From Capsulimonadaceae bacterium (lineage in GTDB: Bacteria; Armatimonadota; Armatimonadia; Armatimonadales; Capsulimonadaceae), in NCBI GenBank assembly GCA_965215505.1, contig OZ244065.1, positions 4,992,001 through 5,056,000 on the forward strand: a stretch of 64,000 nt of DNA. The letters are read 5' to 3'. How positions within the stretch are numbered: the first letter of the stretch is position 1; each line of letters opens with the position of its first letter. The position numbers and the translations under genes are program-made. Below, piece by piece: positions 39,044-51,579 of this stretch. The notes below the pieces were generated by a model, which worked only from the letters and a program-made list of their open reading frames with translations, searched no databases and was not told where the DNA came from.

Positions 39044-39282
39044 TTATGCGCTCGGAACCAGCAGGACGTCAAGGTGGTCGTTCTGCTTTAGCTCGCCCTC
39101 GATATCCGTCAACACGCCGAAGTAGCTGTAAGTGATGGGTTGTGCGTCGTGGGGCGGACGGGCACATACCACCAGTCGCCGTCGGCACGGACGAGACGTT
39201 CTACGACCTCGATGGTCATTTCGGCGGACTGATGCGGTCCCAGATACTGGTTCACACGCTGAATGATGTCTTGCTTACTCAT
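39044..39282 (-). pseudogene. Small HEPN-partner gene, frameshifted
   Basis: MSKQDIIQRV...DGDWWYVPVRP, continuing in another frame as YSYFGVLTDIEGELK...VLLVPSA*; 239 nt, one base short of an intact frame. Confidence 0.55.
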
Positions 39283-39655
39283 CGTCAACCTCCAGTGTCA
39301 GTAGGACGGTGTTTACATCGCGCAGTGCGTTAATCGCAATGGTGCGGTCGAGATAGGTCGCGGGCACATAATCCGCGATGACACGCGCCTTCCGAAGTCG
39401 GCTGACGGCTTTCATCAGGATGAAGCGTGTCTCGCGCGACAACCCATCGAGATTACGAAGGATATAGGCCGGTAGATCGGCATGAGCCGGGTTGTCCCGA
39501 CCCTCCTTGTAAATAACCTTGCCTTCAAGCGCGTTGGAGAGAGCCGCATAAGCGGCATAGCAGGAACGGTTGATGCTGCTCCGCAGGCCCCCATCCGTGA
39601 GCAGGTTCTTTGCCGACCTGCGACACTCCAGACTTAGCTCCCGCCATGTTGCCAT
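39275..39655 (-). CDS. HEPN domain protein
   Basis: RSSINRSCYAAY, H, LRKARVIADY. Confidence 0.8.
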   Translation of the reverse strand: MATWRELSLECRRSAKNLLTDGGLRSSINRSCYAAYAALSNALEGKVIYKEGRDNPAHADLPAYILRNLDGLSRETRFILMKAVSRLRKARVIADYVPATYLDRTIAINALRDVNTVLLTLEVDDE

Positions 39656-39694
39656 TGTACGCTCCTCCTGATTGTACCTGCGCCCGCCCCCGAG

Positions 39695-42577
<2,883 letters not shown>

Positions 42578-42630
42578 TCACCCTGCCCCCTACGCAAACA
42601 AAAAACGGGCCGCAATGCGCCCCGTTCGGA

Positions 42631-42642
42631 AAACATCTGTTC
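42631..42642 (-). promoter_or_regulatory. Putative LexA (GAAC-N4-GTTC type) SOS box upstream of uvrA
   Basis: AAACATCTGTTC, one mismatch from consensus, just downstream of a TACACT -10 (42648-42653). Confidence 0.55.
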
Positions 42643-42684
42643 CCCCTAGTGTACCCCAGGCAGGATTACTTGGTCAAGGCCACG

Positions 42685-43263
42685 CTAGTCCGCAAACACC
42701 TCCGCAACGGGGACAATCAGCCCCGGAAAGACGGCCGACGCCACGGCCTGCCCCACCTCATAGTTCGCCACCGTCCGCGTCCCATCCGGCGTCAAGGCCA
42801 GCACCTCCACCGTCCTGTCGTCGGGCCGCACCACCCAGCACTCGTCCACACCGATGGCGATATAGTCCGCCAGCTTGCCTTCCAGAACGTGCTGGGTTTC
42901 CCTTCCCCAAACGATTTCGACCACTAGCTCTGGGCCAATCTCTAAAGGCCCGATTTCGGGCGGGCCACCGCCCTCCGCCAAGCGAGCGCCGCTGATGAAC
43001 AGCAGATCGGGCTGACGGATTTGCAAGGGGCTCCGCCGAATGAGCAGATCAAATGCCGAGGGGACGACGTAACCACCGGTAGCCCGCTCATAATCAATCA
43101 GGCCCGAACTGAGGCTGATGATGATGCGCTGCCGGTCCCAACTTAGTTCCGGCTGAAAGACCCGAACACCCTTGACAATGTCGTAGCGCCCCTCCACTTC
43201 CGGCTCCACCATGTACGCCTCATAGGTGAGCGTCGCGGCGGGCGCTTCGGTCATCGTCGTCAT
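42685..43263 (-). CDS. Uma2 family PD-(D/E)XK endonuclease
   Basis: RQPDLLFI, PELVVEI, KLADYIAIGVDECWVVRP. Confidence 0.85.
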   Translation of the reverse strand: MTTMTEAPAATLTYEAYMVEPEVEGRYDIVKGVRVFQPELSWDRQRIIISLSSGLIDYERATGGYVVPSAFDLLIRRSPLQIRQPDLLFISGARLAEGGGPPEIGPLEIGPELVVEIVWGRETQHVLEGKLADYIAIGVDECWVVRPDDRTVEVLALTPDGTRTVANYEVGQAVASAVFPGLIVPVAEVFAD

Positions 43264-43295
43264 CGGGTTTCCTCCTCAACGATCCAAGCGTGACA

Positions 43296-43727
43296 CTATC
43301 CCTTTTGGTCTGCAAAAGACCTATTCGACCACATCTTCAGCTTATAACCTTCACAAACAATCTCGAAAGTATCGTCATAAGTTCCAAAATGGTAGTGTTT
43401 GTGGTCCCGTGTGACTTTGCCGCCTAGTTCTGCAACCCACTGTGAGTTGATGATCTCGTCAAAGCTGCTACAGTCTCCCGTGACCTCCTTCATGGGATCA
43501 AGATGATGGAGGGAGTCAATCTCAATCATCTTCAAGGCGAGAACGCCCGAGAAGGTCAGTTTGTAAAAGATGTGATCATTTGTTGGTACGGATGCCAGAT
43601 GGCCATTAAAACTGCCTTCTAGAATGAGATCGCCTCCGTCGTAAAACAGGCAGTTCAGAGAGATCGCATCGCGCCCCACTAAAACTCCAATTTTCGTCTC
43701 AATGGCTCTGAAGTGTTGTTCTCCCAT
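43296..43727 (-). CDS. Hypothetical protein (immunity-like, low GC)
   Basis: Open frame GRDAI...TYDDTFEIVCEGY with AT-richer codons. Confidence 0.55.
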   Translation of the reverse strand: MGEQHFRAIETKIGVLVGRDAISLNCLFYDGGDLILEGSFNGHLASVPTNDHIFYKLTFSGVLALKMIEIDSLHHLDPMKEVTGDCSSFDEIINSQWVAELGGKVTRDHKHYHFGTYDDTFEIVCEGYKLKMWSNRSFADQKG

Positions 43728-43799
43728 GGGCATAGCCCCCTAGTTCCGCATGGGCGGGCGCTTCTCCTGCCGCTTTGCTTACTGAGGTACAATGACTCC

Positions 43800-44398
43800 A
43801 TGGACAGCACGGAAGCGCAGGCGCAGCAGGAAGTCGCACAAGTCGTTGGTATCGTGGAAGAGTTGACCGGCCTCCCTTCGCGGTGGAGCGGGCGGGTAGA
43901 GCTAATGCCAGAGCCAGAATACAGAGGGGCGAAGTCATTTTCCTGTTCTATTTCCCTGGCTACGGCGATAGTGGACCAAGACAGGCGCTGGATGACCTTG
44001 ATCCATGAGGCGCTGCACTGCGCTCGGTGGGATTCGTGCGGAACGATTTCGAGCAAGCGCCGGGATGGGAAGAAGGGGTCGTCGAGCAGATGCAGCGCCT
44101 CTTCCGACCGCAAATACTGGCGCGGCTCTCTGTCTCCGTCCCGCCGCAGGTGATCGCTGATGCGGATGCGTCGCACTCTTACAACCGCTACATCGTCGCT
44201 CTGGAAGAGATTCGGGAAGTGCTACAGGCCGAGAAGATGCAATTTTACCTGCACTTGTTGCAGACGCCAATCAAGGGCAGAATTAGTGCCGTGCTTGCGG
44301 AGATGCGCGCCCTGAGCGGAGACGAGAGGAGCGAGTTCGTGCGCGTATTCGCCAAGTCAAATGCCACGCTAAAGGAGAAGCTGCAATGGATCGAGTAG
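43800..44398 (+). pseudogene. HExxH metallopeptidase-like gene, frameshifted near 44022
   Basis: LIHEALH in one frame; WEEGVVE in the next frame (ORF 44027-44398). Confidence 0.6.
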
Positions 44399-44850
44399 AA
44401 GACCCCGCTCGCGAACGACTCAACAGGCGGGTGTTGTCCGCGCGTGGACTGCCCGATGTCCTCGCTGCGAAAGAAGCCCTGAGACAATGGATGCGGGACC
44501 ATCCGGACGATCAAGGGATGCGAGAGGGGTTTGAACAGCTCTTTCTCATGCAGGAGATCGCGGAATGGAAGCTGGCAAACCCCGAGGAGTGGCAAGCCCA
44601 GCAGGAGGCCGAGCGGCGCGCGGTCGCCGCCCTTGAGCCGGAGCGGGGCCAGTTGCTTCGGGACGCGCGCCAGGCGCGGACATTGGCCCAACTCGACCGG
44701 GCGGAGCGGGAGTTGTTTCAGTGGGTCGCTGAACACCCCGAGGACTTAAACCGGGACCTGGGCATCATCGAGGCGATGGAGTCAGTCTTGACACGGCCGG
44801 AGGCAGTGGCAGCGCAGCCGGAGCCGGTACTTGCAGGGCGGGCCGCCTAG
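44386..44850 (+). CDS. Hypothetical helical protein with two repeats (W.xxHP.D)
   Basis: Overlaps the upstream gene; LRQWMRDHPDD / LFQWVAEHPED. Confidence 0.6.
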   Translation: MDRVEDPARERLNRRVLSARGLPDVLAAKEALRQWMRDHPDDQGMREGFEQLFLMQEIAEWKLANPEEWQAQQEAERRAVAALEPERGQLLRDARQARTLAQLDRAERELFQWVAEHPEDLNRDLGIIEAMESVLTRPEAVAAQPEPVLAGRAA

Positions 44851-44877
44851 CATAAACGCAGGCGGCCCGGCGGGGCG

Positions 44878-45879
44878 TCAGGCCAGGCCGAAGTTGTGGG
44901 CGTATAACTCCCGCACTTTTTCCACCTCGTCCGCCGTCAGCGGAGGAGTGTCAGACGCGGCGCAGAGTTCTTCCAATTGTTTCTCATCGTAGATGTTCGG
45001 CAGGGCGGTCGCCAGCAGCGGCTCGGACCAGAGCCACTGCAAGGCGGCCTGGCCCAAGGTCCGGCCCGTGCCTTTGATCAGGAAGTCGAGCTTTTCGATC
45101 TTCACCAGACCATCTTCTAGCCACGCCTTGCGCTTCTCGTTGGTGGACACGCGGAAGTTGCGGTGGTCGCCGGGCGCGAACTCGGTCTGGGCGGTGTAGG
45201 AGCCTTCCAGCAGGCCCGAGGCGTGCGGGACGCGGCACATGACGCCGCCGCCGGTCTCGCGGGCGGCCTCGAAGACGTCCGGCCCGAGCATCTGTTCCAG
45301 CAGGTTGTAGATGATCTGTACCGAAGTCATCTTGCGGGTGCGGAAGGCGACCGCGCCCTCCTCGGCCTGCCGGATGTCTATGGCTGGGCCGAGGGCCGCC
45401 CCGTAGTGCCGGATCTTTCCCTCCGCCTTTAGCTCTTCCAGCGTCGCAAACAGTTCATCCTGTTGCAGCGCCTCGACGCGCGGGTTGTGGAGCTGGTAGA
45501 GGTCAATGCGGTCCGTCCCCAGACGCTTCAGGCTCTCCTCGCAGGCGCGCTTGATGTAGGCGGGCGACCAGTCGTGGGGGCGTTCTTTCTGCCCGGCCTG
45601 CTCGCCTGGGGCGGTGTACCAGTCATAGCCGAACTTGGTGGCGAGGGTCATCTCGTCCCGGTGCGCGCCCAAGGCTTCGGCCAAGATGGTCTCGCCCAGG
45701 CCGTCGCCGTACACGTCGGCGGTGTCGTAGAAGGTCACGCCCAGCTCGAACGCCCGCCGGAGCAGGCGCAGGCGGATGTCTCCGTCGGTGACGCCCCACA
45801 TGCGTGTGCTGACGGTCCAGACGCCGAAGCCGACGACGGAGGCGCGTAAGTCTGTCGTCCCGAAATTGCGGTACTGCAT
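44878..45879 (-). CDS. Aldo/keto reductase
   Basis: FYDTADVYGDG, LATKFG, SLKRLGTDRIDLYQLH. Confidence 0.93.
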   Translation of the reverse strand: MQYRNFGTTDLRASVVGFGVWTVSTRMWGVTDGDIRLRLLRRAFELGVTFYDTADVYGDGLGETILAEALGAHRDEMTLATKFGYDWYTAPGEQAGQKERPHDWSPAYIKRACEESLKRLGTDRIDLYQLHNPRVEALQQDELFATLEELKAEGKIRHYGAALGPAIDIRQAEEGAVAFRTRKMTSVQIIYNLLEQMLGPDVFEAARETGGGVMCRVPHASGLLEGSYTAQTEFAPGDHRNFRVSTNEKRKAWLEDGLVKIEKLDFLIKGTGRTLGQAALQWLWSEPLLATALPNIYDEKQLEELCAASDTPPLTADEVEKVRELYAHNFGLA

Positions 45880-45891
45880 TGTCTCTGCTCT

Positions 45892-46470
45892 CTACTCTAA
45901 GTTAAACAGGTCCTCGACGCGGCAGGAGAAGCCGGGCAGGATGTCTCCAGCCGTCAGCGTGTCGTCCGCGTCCAGCGTCCGCGTCTCAGTCGGGGACATG
46001 AAGACGACCACCCGCTGCTGGTCTGGGAAGAGATGCCACACCTGCTCCGCCCCGCCGTCAAAATACTCGCGCACCTTGCGGGCCACCTCCGCCCGTTCCT
46101 CCGAGGGCGAGATGATCTCGACGCACAGGTCCGGGGCTAGATCACCGAAAGTATTAGGCACTTTGCCGCCGGGCAGCCGCGACTTGCGCGTGAACGAGAA
46201 GTCGGGAATGCGGATGTTGCCGCCCGTCATGCGGAACCCCGACTGGCCCGTCGTGCCCGTGCCGTGCCCCTTCATATAGGGGCCGAGCAACCAAATTAGG
46301 TTCAGGCAGATCGCGTCGTGCGTGAATATCGTCGGCACTTCCTTGAGCCTCCCGTCCACAAGTTCGTATCTGGCAAGCGTCGGGTTGCCTGGCCCGTCTT
46401 TCGGCAGGCGCAGCAATTCTTCTTCCGTCACCCGCGCTCCGGGCTTGATCTCCGCTTCGGCAATCGCCAT
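45892..46470 (-). CDS. Uma2 family endonuclease
   Basis: YELVDG, RIPDFSF, APDLCVEIISPS, KVREYFDGG. Confidence 0.9.
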   Translation of the reverse strand: MAIAEAEIKPGARVTEEELLRLPKDGPGNPTLARYELVDGRLKEVPTIFTHDAICLNLIWLLGPYMKGHGTGTTGQSGFRMTGGNIRIPDFSFTRKSRLPGGKVPNTFGDLAPDLCVEIISPSEERAEVARKVREYFDGGAEQVWHLFPDQQRVVVFMSPTETRTLDADDTLTAGDILPGFSCRVEDLFNLE

Positions 46471-46541
46471 CGGGGGTCCCTCCTGACTCTGTATGCTTAG
46501 TATACCCGGTCAGAACGGGGCGGCGGGGTATACTAGGGGAA

Positions 46542-47033
46542 ATGATCCTCCTCCTCAGCGGCTCCATCAATGCGGGCAAGACGACCGTCTCCAAGCGGCT
46601 TGTCCGATTGCTGCCGCGCACGGCGCACGTCGAGGTGGACTACCTGCGCGAGTTCATTCGGTGGATGCCGCTGGATGAGGCGATCCCGCTGAACCTGCGA
46701 AATGCCGTCGCCGTCACGCTCAATTTTGTCGCCTATGGGCTGAACGGCGTCCTCAGCTACCCACTGTCACCGGCTAATCACGAGTACCTGATGCGCGAGC
46801 TGACGTCGCTCGGCGTACCTATCCACTGTTTCACGCTGAACCCGGATCTCGCCGCTGCCTTGACCGACCGGGGGACGCGCGCCCTGACCGAGTGGGAGAT
46901 GGAGCGCATCCCGTACCACTATGAGACGGGCATCAACAGCCCGCCGTTCGGCATCGTCATTGACAACACGCGCCAGATGCCCGAGGAGACAGCGCGGGAG
47001 ATAGTCATGTCTGTGCTGCCGGGACAGGAGTAA
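46542..47033 (+). CDS. P-loop kinase (AAA_33/TmrB-like)
   Basis: MILLLSGSINAGKTT, IDNT. Confidence 0.8.
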   Translation: MILLLSGSINAGKTTVSKRLVRLLPRTAHVEVDYLREFIRWMPLDEAIPLNLRNAVAVTLNFVAYGLNGVLSYPLSPANHEYLMRELTSLGVPIHCFTLNPDLAAALTDRGTRALTEWEMERIPYHYETGINSPPFGIVIDNTRQMPEETAREIVMSVLPGQE

Positions 47034-47038
47034 GCCGG

Positions 47039-48025
47039 ATGAAAGAGATTGGCCGCACTCTGATACCGGCGAGGCATGTACAGTCGCTTTGCTGGCAAGG
47101 TGATGAACTGGTGGATTGGGTAACAGGCGGTATCTGCTACCGGATGGACGGCACTGTTTCCTCCCGTCTTGTCAGCTATGCCTATCGGTTTGACCGGGCT
47201 ACCACGTCGAACAATGGACAGTTCTCCGTCATCTATGAGGCGCTGGGCACGAAAGGCTTGGTCCTCGAAGGCGTCAAGATGATTCGCGAGATCAACCGGA
47301 GCTTCTACTGTGCCAATGCCTACGAGTACCCTGTCGCTTTGCTGCGCCTGCCTGATGGGCGCGATGTCCTGGCGCACTGCCCCGAAGAGTACAACAAGCT
47401 GGAAATCGAGGACGTGAAAACCGGCGAGCGGCTCACCCCGCGTACCGGTGAAGCGGCGGATTTCTTCCATTCCCGCCTTCAGGTGAGCTTGGACGGTAGG
47501 CATCTGCTCAGTGCCGGGTGGATGTGGCATCCGATTGACGACCTCAGAGTGTATGATGTCGCCGAAGCAATCAGCCACCCGGCCCACCTCGATGCCGAAA
47601 CGAATTGGGAGTTTACTGTCAGCTCGGAGATCACCAATGCGGCCTTCACAGCCGGCTCCATCCTGATGACGACGGGCCGACTCTTCTCTAGGGCAGACAG
47701 CCAAACGGATACTTTGATAGGTGACAATCAGTTAGGGAACTACGGCATCAATGAAAGGCGCTTCCGAACGATAGCTCCTTTGGAAGAACCCCTGGGGACT
47801 CTGATGCCTGTCGGCGATTTCGTTGTCGGCTTCTATGAGAATCCCAAGCTGGTGGAAGTCGCCACCGGAAAAATCATCATGCGCTGGCCGGAGCTAGAGA
47901 CAGGAAACCAGAACGGCAGCATCCTCTCCGACTTCGATAAGATACCGCCTCTTGCCCTTGACCCGTCGAACAGACGGTTTGCCGTGGCCGATGCGGAGAA
48001 GATCACCGTCATCCAGTTGGGATAA
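47039..48025 (+). CDS. Hypothetical beta-propeller-like protein
   Basis: Long ORF with lower GC; FFHSRLQVSLDGRHLLSAGWMWHP. Confidence 0.7.
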   Translation: MKEIGRTLIPARHVQSLCWQGDELVDWVTGGICYRMDGTVSSRLVSYAYRFDRATTSNNGQFSVIYEALGTKGLVLEGVKMIREINRSFYCANAYEYPVALLRLPDGRDVLAHCPEEYNKLEIEDVKTGERLTPRTGEAADFFHSRLQVSLDGRHLLSAGWMWHPIDDLRVYDVAEAISHPAHLDAETNWEFTVSSEITNAAFTAGSILMTTGRLFSRADSQTDTLIGDNQLGNYGINERRFRTIAPLEEPLGTLMPVGDFVVGFYENPKLVEVATGKIIMRWPELETGNQNGSILSDFDKIPPLALDPSNRRFAVADAEKITVIQLG

Positions 48026-48029
48026 AGCA

Positions 48030-48614
48030 ATGCTAACAGATCATCTCACCACCGCCCTGAAAGAGTGGGCGGTCGTCCAAAGGTCGCTGCTGGAAGGGCA
48101 CCAGATCATTCTGCTCCGCAAGGGCGGGCTGATCGAGGAGAGCGGGGACTTTGACCTGCGGGCCGGGCAGTTCCTGCTGTACCCCACTTACGCGCACGAG
48201 ACCGAGCGGGCGGGGGACTTGCAGCCGTGCTTCGGGCAGTGGCTCGGGGAGGAGGAGGCGCGCAAGACGTCCCCCGCCGAGATTCGGATCGAGGCCGCCG
48301 CCGAGGTCAGCGACGTGGTGCGCGTGGACGACCGCGCGAAGTTGCTGAACCTCGCGCCGCAGCACATCTGGAGTCCTCAGTTCATTCATGGGCGCTACGA
48401 CTGGGAGCCGTACAAGCCCGTCTTCGTGCTGCTGTTGCGGGCCTACCGGCTGGCCGCGCCGACCGTCCGCCCCGTCCTGCGCCAGTACGGCGGCTGCCGG
48501 TCGTGGGTGGAGATGGCTGAGCCGGTCCCGACGGTGGAGGCCGTTCCCGCCGTCTCGGACGAGCGTTACGAGCGCCGCCGGGAACTGACCCTGCGGCTTT
48601 TAGCATCAGAATAG
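48030..48614 (+). CDS. DUF1802 family protein
   Basis: ALKEW...GHQIILLRKGG..E, FLLYPTYAHE, YGGCRSW. Confidence 0.88.
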   Translation: MLTDHLTTALKEWAVVQRSLLEGHQIILLRKGGLIEESGDFDLRAGQFLLYPTYAHETERAGDLQPCFGQWLGEEEARKTSPAEIRIEAAAEVSDVVRVDDRAKLLNLAPQHIWSPQFIHGRYDWEPYKPVFVLLLRAYRLAAPTVRPVLRQYGGCRSWVEMAEPVPTVEAVPAVSDERYERRRELTLRLLASE

Positions 48615-48638
48615 GACATCAGAATAGGAGAATAGACG

Positions 48639-49424
48639 ATGGCAGTCTGCGAATTCCACCTGGATCAGAGCAACGTGCTGGAAAAGATGATCTCGTTCAC
48701 GGCGATCGTGCCTGAAGGCAAGTCCGGGCCGTTCCCCGTCTTCTATTTGCTGCACGGCCTGTCCGACGACCACACCGCCTGGACCCGGCGGTCGAGCATC
48801 GAGCGGTACGTCGCGGGCCTGCCGCTGATCGTCGTCATGCCCAACGGCGAGCGCGGCTTTTACACCGACGCCAAAGACCGGCCCAAGGCTGCCTTCGAGA
48901 CCAACATCGTCAAAGACATCGTCGGCTTCGTGGACCGGACCTTCCAGACCATCCCCACCCGCGAGGGCCGCGTGGTCGCCGGGCTGTCCATGGGCGGCTA
49001 CGGGGCGGTCAAGCTGGCCCTGAAGTACCCGGACATGTTCTGCGCCGCCGTCAGCCATTCGGGCGCGGTCGGCTTCGCCCGGCGGGACTTCGACGCGGGC
49101 GGCGACTGGGGCCGCGAGTGGACGCCCGTCTTCGGCCACTCCCCGGCGGGCGGCCAGGATGACCCGTTCGCCCTGGCCGAGACGATGGACCGCGCCCGCC
49201 TCCCCGCCCTGCGGATAGACTGCGGCGTGGACGATTTTCTCATTGAAGAGAATCGCGCTTTTGACGCTCACCTGACTGGCCTGGGCATCCCGCACGAGTA
49301 CGAGGAACATCCCGGCGAACACAACTGGCAATACTGGGACTCGCACGTCCAGGATACCGTCGCCTTCTTCAAGCGCGTCCTGAAGCTGGGGGAAGAAGAC
49401 CCGGCGGCAGGGGAGCAGGAGTGA
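48639..49424 (+). CDS. Alpha/beta hydrolase (esterase family)
   Basis: YLLHGLSDD, GLSMGGYGA, DCGVDD, GEHNWQYW. Confidence 0.9.
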   Translation: MAVCEFHLDQSNVLEKMISFTAIVPEGKSGPFPVFYLLHGLSDDHTAWTRRSSIERYVAGLPLIVVMPNGERGFYTDAKDRPKAAFETNIVKDIVGFVDRTFQTIPTREGRVVAGLSMGGYGAVKLALKYPDMFCAAVSHSGAVGFARRDFDAGGDWGREWTPVFGHSPAGGQDDPFALAETMDRARLPALRIDCGVDDFLIEENRAFDAHLTGLGIPHEYEEHPGEHNWQYWDSHVQDTVAFFKRVLKLGEEDPAAGEQE

Positions 49425-49428
49425 TGGA

Positions 49429-50358
49429 ATGAGCAGGACACTGTCCGGTGTCGCAACGGCCTTCCTATGGCTGGCCCCTCTGAGCGGGTGGGCCGGACCG
49501 CCTTACCTAACTGACGACCCGGACCCGGTGCCGCTGCACCACTGGGAGGTCTATGCGTTCGCCACACGCGACCGAACTCACAGCGCCGACAGCGTGATCG
49601 GCCCCGCGCTGGAGGTCAACAACGGCGTTGCGCCGAACACGCAAATTCACTTCGTCATCCCCCAGGCTTATGCGTCGGAGGGCGGCACGAGCGCGCGGGG
49701 CCTGGGGGACACCGAGGCGGGCGTCAAGTACCGCTTGCTCACGGAGACGAAAACCCGCCCGGAGATCGGCGTCTTTCCCCTGGTGGAGCTGCCGACGGGC
49801 GACCAGTCGCGCGGCCTGGGCAACGGGCGCACCTGGGTCAAGGTGCCGGTCTGGCTCCAGAAATCCTTTGGGCCGTGGACGACGTATGGCGGCGGGGGGT
49901 ATGCCTACAATTCCGCCCCAGGGCAGCAAAATTATGGGTACGGCGGTCTGCTGGTCCAGCGCACCCTCAGCCCGCGCCTGACATTGGGCGGCGAGGTGTT
50001 CCTCCAGGGGGCGTCGGCGGACGGCCCGCAGTCGGTCAACGTGGGGTCGGCGGGTGCCTCGTCCTCGGACATCCAAGTGGCGGGGGCGCGCTCGTCCGCC
50101 CTCTACAACGTCGGCGGCTCCTACAACTTCACCCCGGACTTCAGCTTGCTGTTTACGGTAGGCCACTCTTTTCAGGGAGATGGCAACTCCGTCCTCTACC
50201 TGGGCCTGTACCGCACCCTAGCCGGGCGCACCCTAGCCGGGCTTGACAGCGCGGATGAACGCGCCCATGATTCGCCCGTCCAGGGCGGCCCTCTCATCTG
50301 CGGGCAGGGTGAGGATGGCGTCGGCGGCGCAGGCGGAGCTTTCCAGGTCGGAGAATAG
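49429..50358 (+). CDS. Outer-membrane beta-barrel transporter-like protein (3' end probably altered)
   Basis: Signal peptide, GPPYLTDDPDP, GLGDTEAGVKYR, LPTGD..RGLG; runs about 125 nt into arsM. Confidence 0.7.
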   Translation: MSRTLSGVATAFLWLAPLSGWAGPPYLTDDPDPVPLHHWEVYAFATRDRTHSADSVIGPALEVNNGVAPNTQIHFVIPQAYASEGGTSARGLGDTEAGVKYRLLTETKTRPEIGVFPLVELPTGDQSRGLGNGRTWVKVPVWLQKSFGPWTTYGGGGYAYNSAPGQQNYGYGGLLVQRTLSPRLTLGGEVFLQGASADGPQSVNVGSAGASSSDIQVAGARSSALYNVGGSYNFTPDFSLLFTVGHSFQGDGNSVLYLGLYRTLAGRTLAGLDSADERAHDSPVQGGPLICGQGEDGVGGAGGAFQVGE

Positions 50359-51099
50359 GTAGCGGCGGGTCGGCTCGATGACCGCCTCGACGAAGCCCGC
50401 CTCGGACAGCCGCCGCAGGTAGTCGCCTGTTTCCAAAGCCCCGGCGACGCAGCCGACGTAGGATTCCATGTCGGCGCGGACGGCGTCGGGCAGGTCGCCC
50501 TCCACCACCACGTCGGAGACGGCGAACCGGCCGCCGGGCCGCAGCACGCGGAACGCCTCGCGCAGCACGGCGTCCTTGTCGGCGGACAGGTTGATGACGC
50601 AGTTGGAGATCACCACGTCTACGGAGGCGTTGGGCAGGGGAATGGCCTCGATGTGGCCCTTGAGGAACGTGACATTAGTCGCGGCTGCCTCGGCCTTGTT
50701 TTTCTCGGCCAGGGCCAGCATCTCGTCGGTCATGTCCAGGCCGAAGGCCCAGCCGCCGGGCGAGACGCGCCTCGCCGACAGCAGGACGTCTATCCCGCCG
50801 CCGCTGCCCAGGTCCAGCACGACCTCGCCGGGAGCCAGTGTCGCCAGGGCGGTGGGATTGCCGCACCCCAAAGAGGCCAGCAGGGCGGCCTCGGGGATCT
50901 GGTCGGCCTCGGCCCGGTCATACAGGCCGCCGGTGATCGCGTCGCCCCCGCAGCAGGAGTCCGCTGCGCCCCCTCCTCCCGCGTTGCCGCCGCAGCAGGC
51001 CGCGCCCGCCCCGCTCAGGACCGTCAAGGCAGCCTCCCCATACTTCCGACGCACGACCTCGCGCACGTCGTCACGCTCCATCAGGTTCATCTCGGTCAT
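50233..51099 (-). CDS. arsM: Arsenite S-adenosylmethyltransferase
   Basis: ASLGCGNPTA, VLDLGSGGGID, SNCVINLS, GCVAGA; N-terminal CC pairs. Confidence 0.93.
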   Translation of the reverse strand: MTEMNLMERDDVREVVRRKYGEAALTVLSGAGAACCGGNAGGGGAADSCCGGDAITGGLYDRAEADQIPEAALLASLGCGNPTALATLAPGEVVLDLGSGGGIDVLLSARRVSPGGWAFGLDMTDEMLALAEKNKAEAAATNVTFLKGHIEAIPLPNASVDVVISNCVINLSADKDAVLREAFRVLRPGGRFAVSDVVVEGDLPDAVRADMESYVGCVAGALETGDYLRRLSEAGFVEAVIEPTRRYLFSDLESSACAADAILTLPADERAALDGRIMGAFIRAVKPG

Positions 51100-51119
51100 C
51101 GTTTCGTCTCCCTCTAATC

Positions 51120-51482
51120 CTAACAGCAGCCGTCTTGATCCGCATTGCCGAAGAAGGCGGCGAGCGCATTCACGGCGTCCCGGTTGACGCGGCACACCAT
51201 GTTCTTGCCGCGCCGCTCGACTTCCACCAGGCCGGCCAGTCTCAGCTCCTTGATGTGGAAGGAGACGGCCGAGGTGATCCGGTCCGCCCCCGTCACCTGG
51301 CAGCACACCTCCCCCACCGTCGGCCCGTCCACGGGCCGCACGTCCCCCGCCTCGTCCACGGCCACGGGGCCGCAGCAGGCGCGGAGGAAGGTGAAGATGG
51401 CGAGCCGCGTGGGGTCGCCCAGAGCTTTGAACATGGCGGCCAGGGCGGCATCGGTGATGGGTTTCTGTTGAATAGCAAGCAT
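51120..51482 (-). CDS. arsR: ArsR/SmtB transcriptional repressor
   Basis: FKALGDPTRLAI, CC pairs, SFHIKELRLAGLV; upstream TTGACA-17-CATAAT promoter. Confidence 0.88.
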   Translation of the reverse strand: MLAIQQKPITDAALAAMFKALGDPTRLAIFTFLRACCGPVAVDEAGDVRPVDGPTVGEVCCQVTGADRITSAVSFHIKELRLAGLVEVERRGKNMVCRVNRDAVNALAAFFGNADQDGCC

Positions 51483-51579
51483 GGTTCGGTTCAACACTTC
51501 AATTATCGTTGAATGATTATGACACACGGAACGGGGTCTGTCAAGCCTCGGCGTGGAAAAAAGAGGGGAGGGCCGCGCG

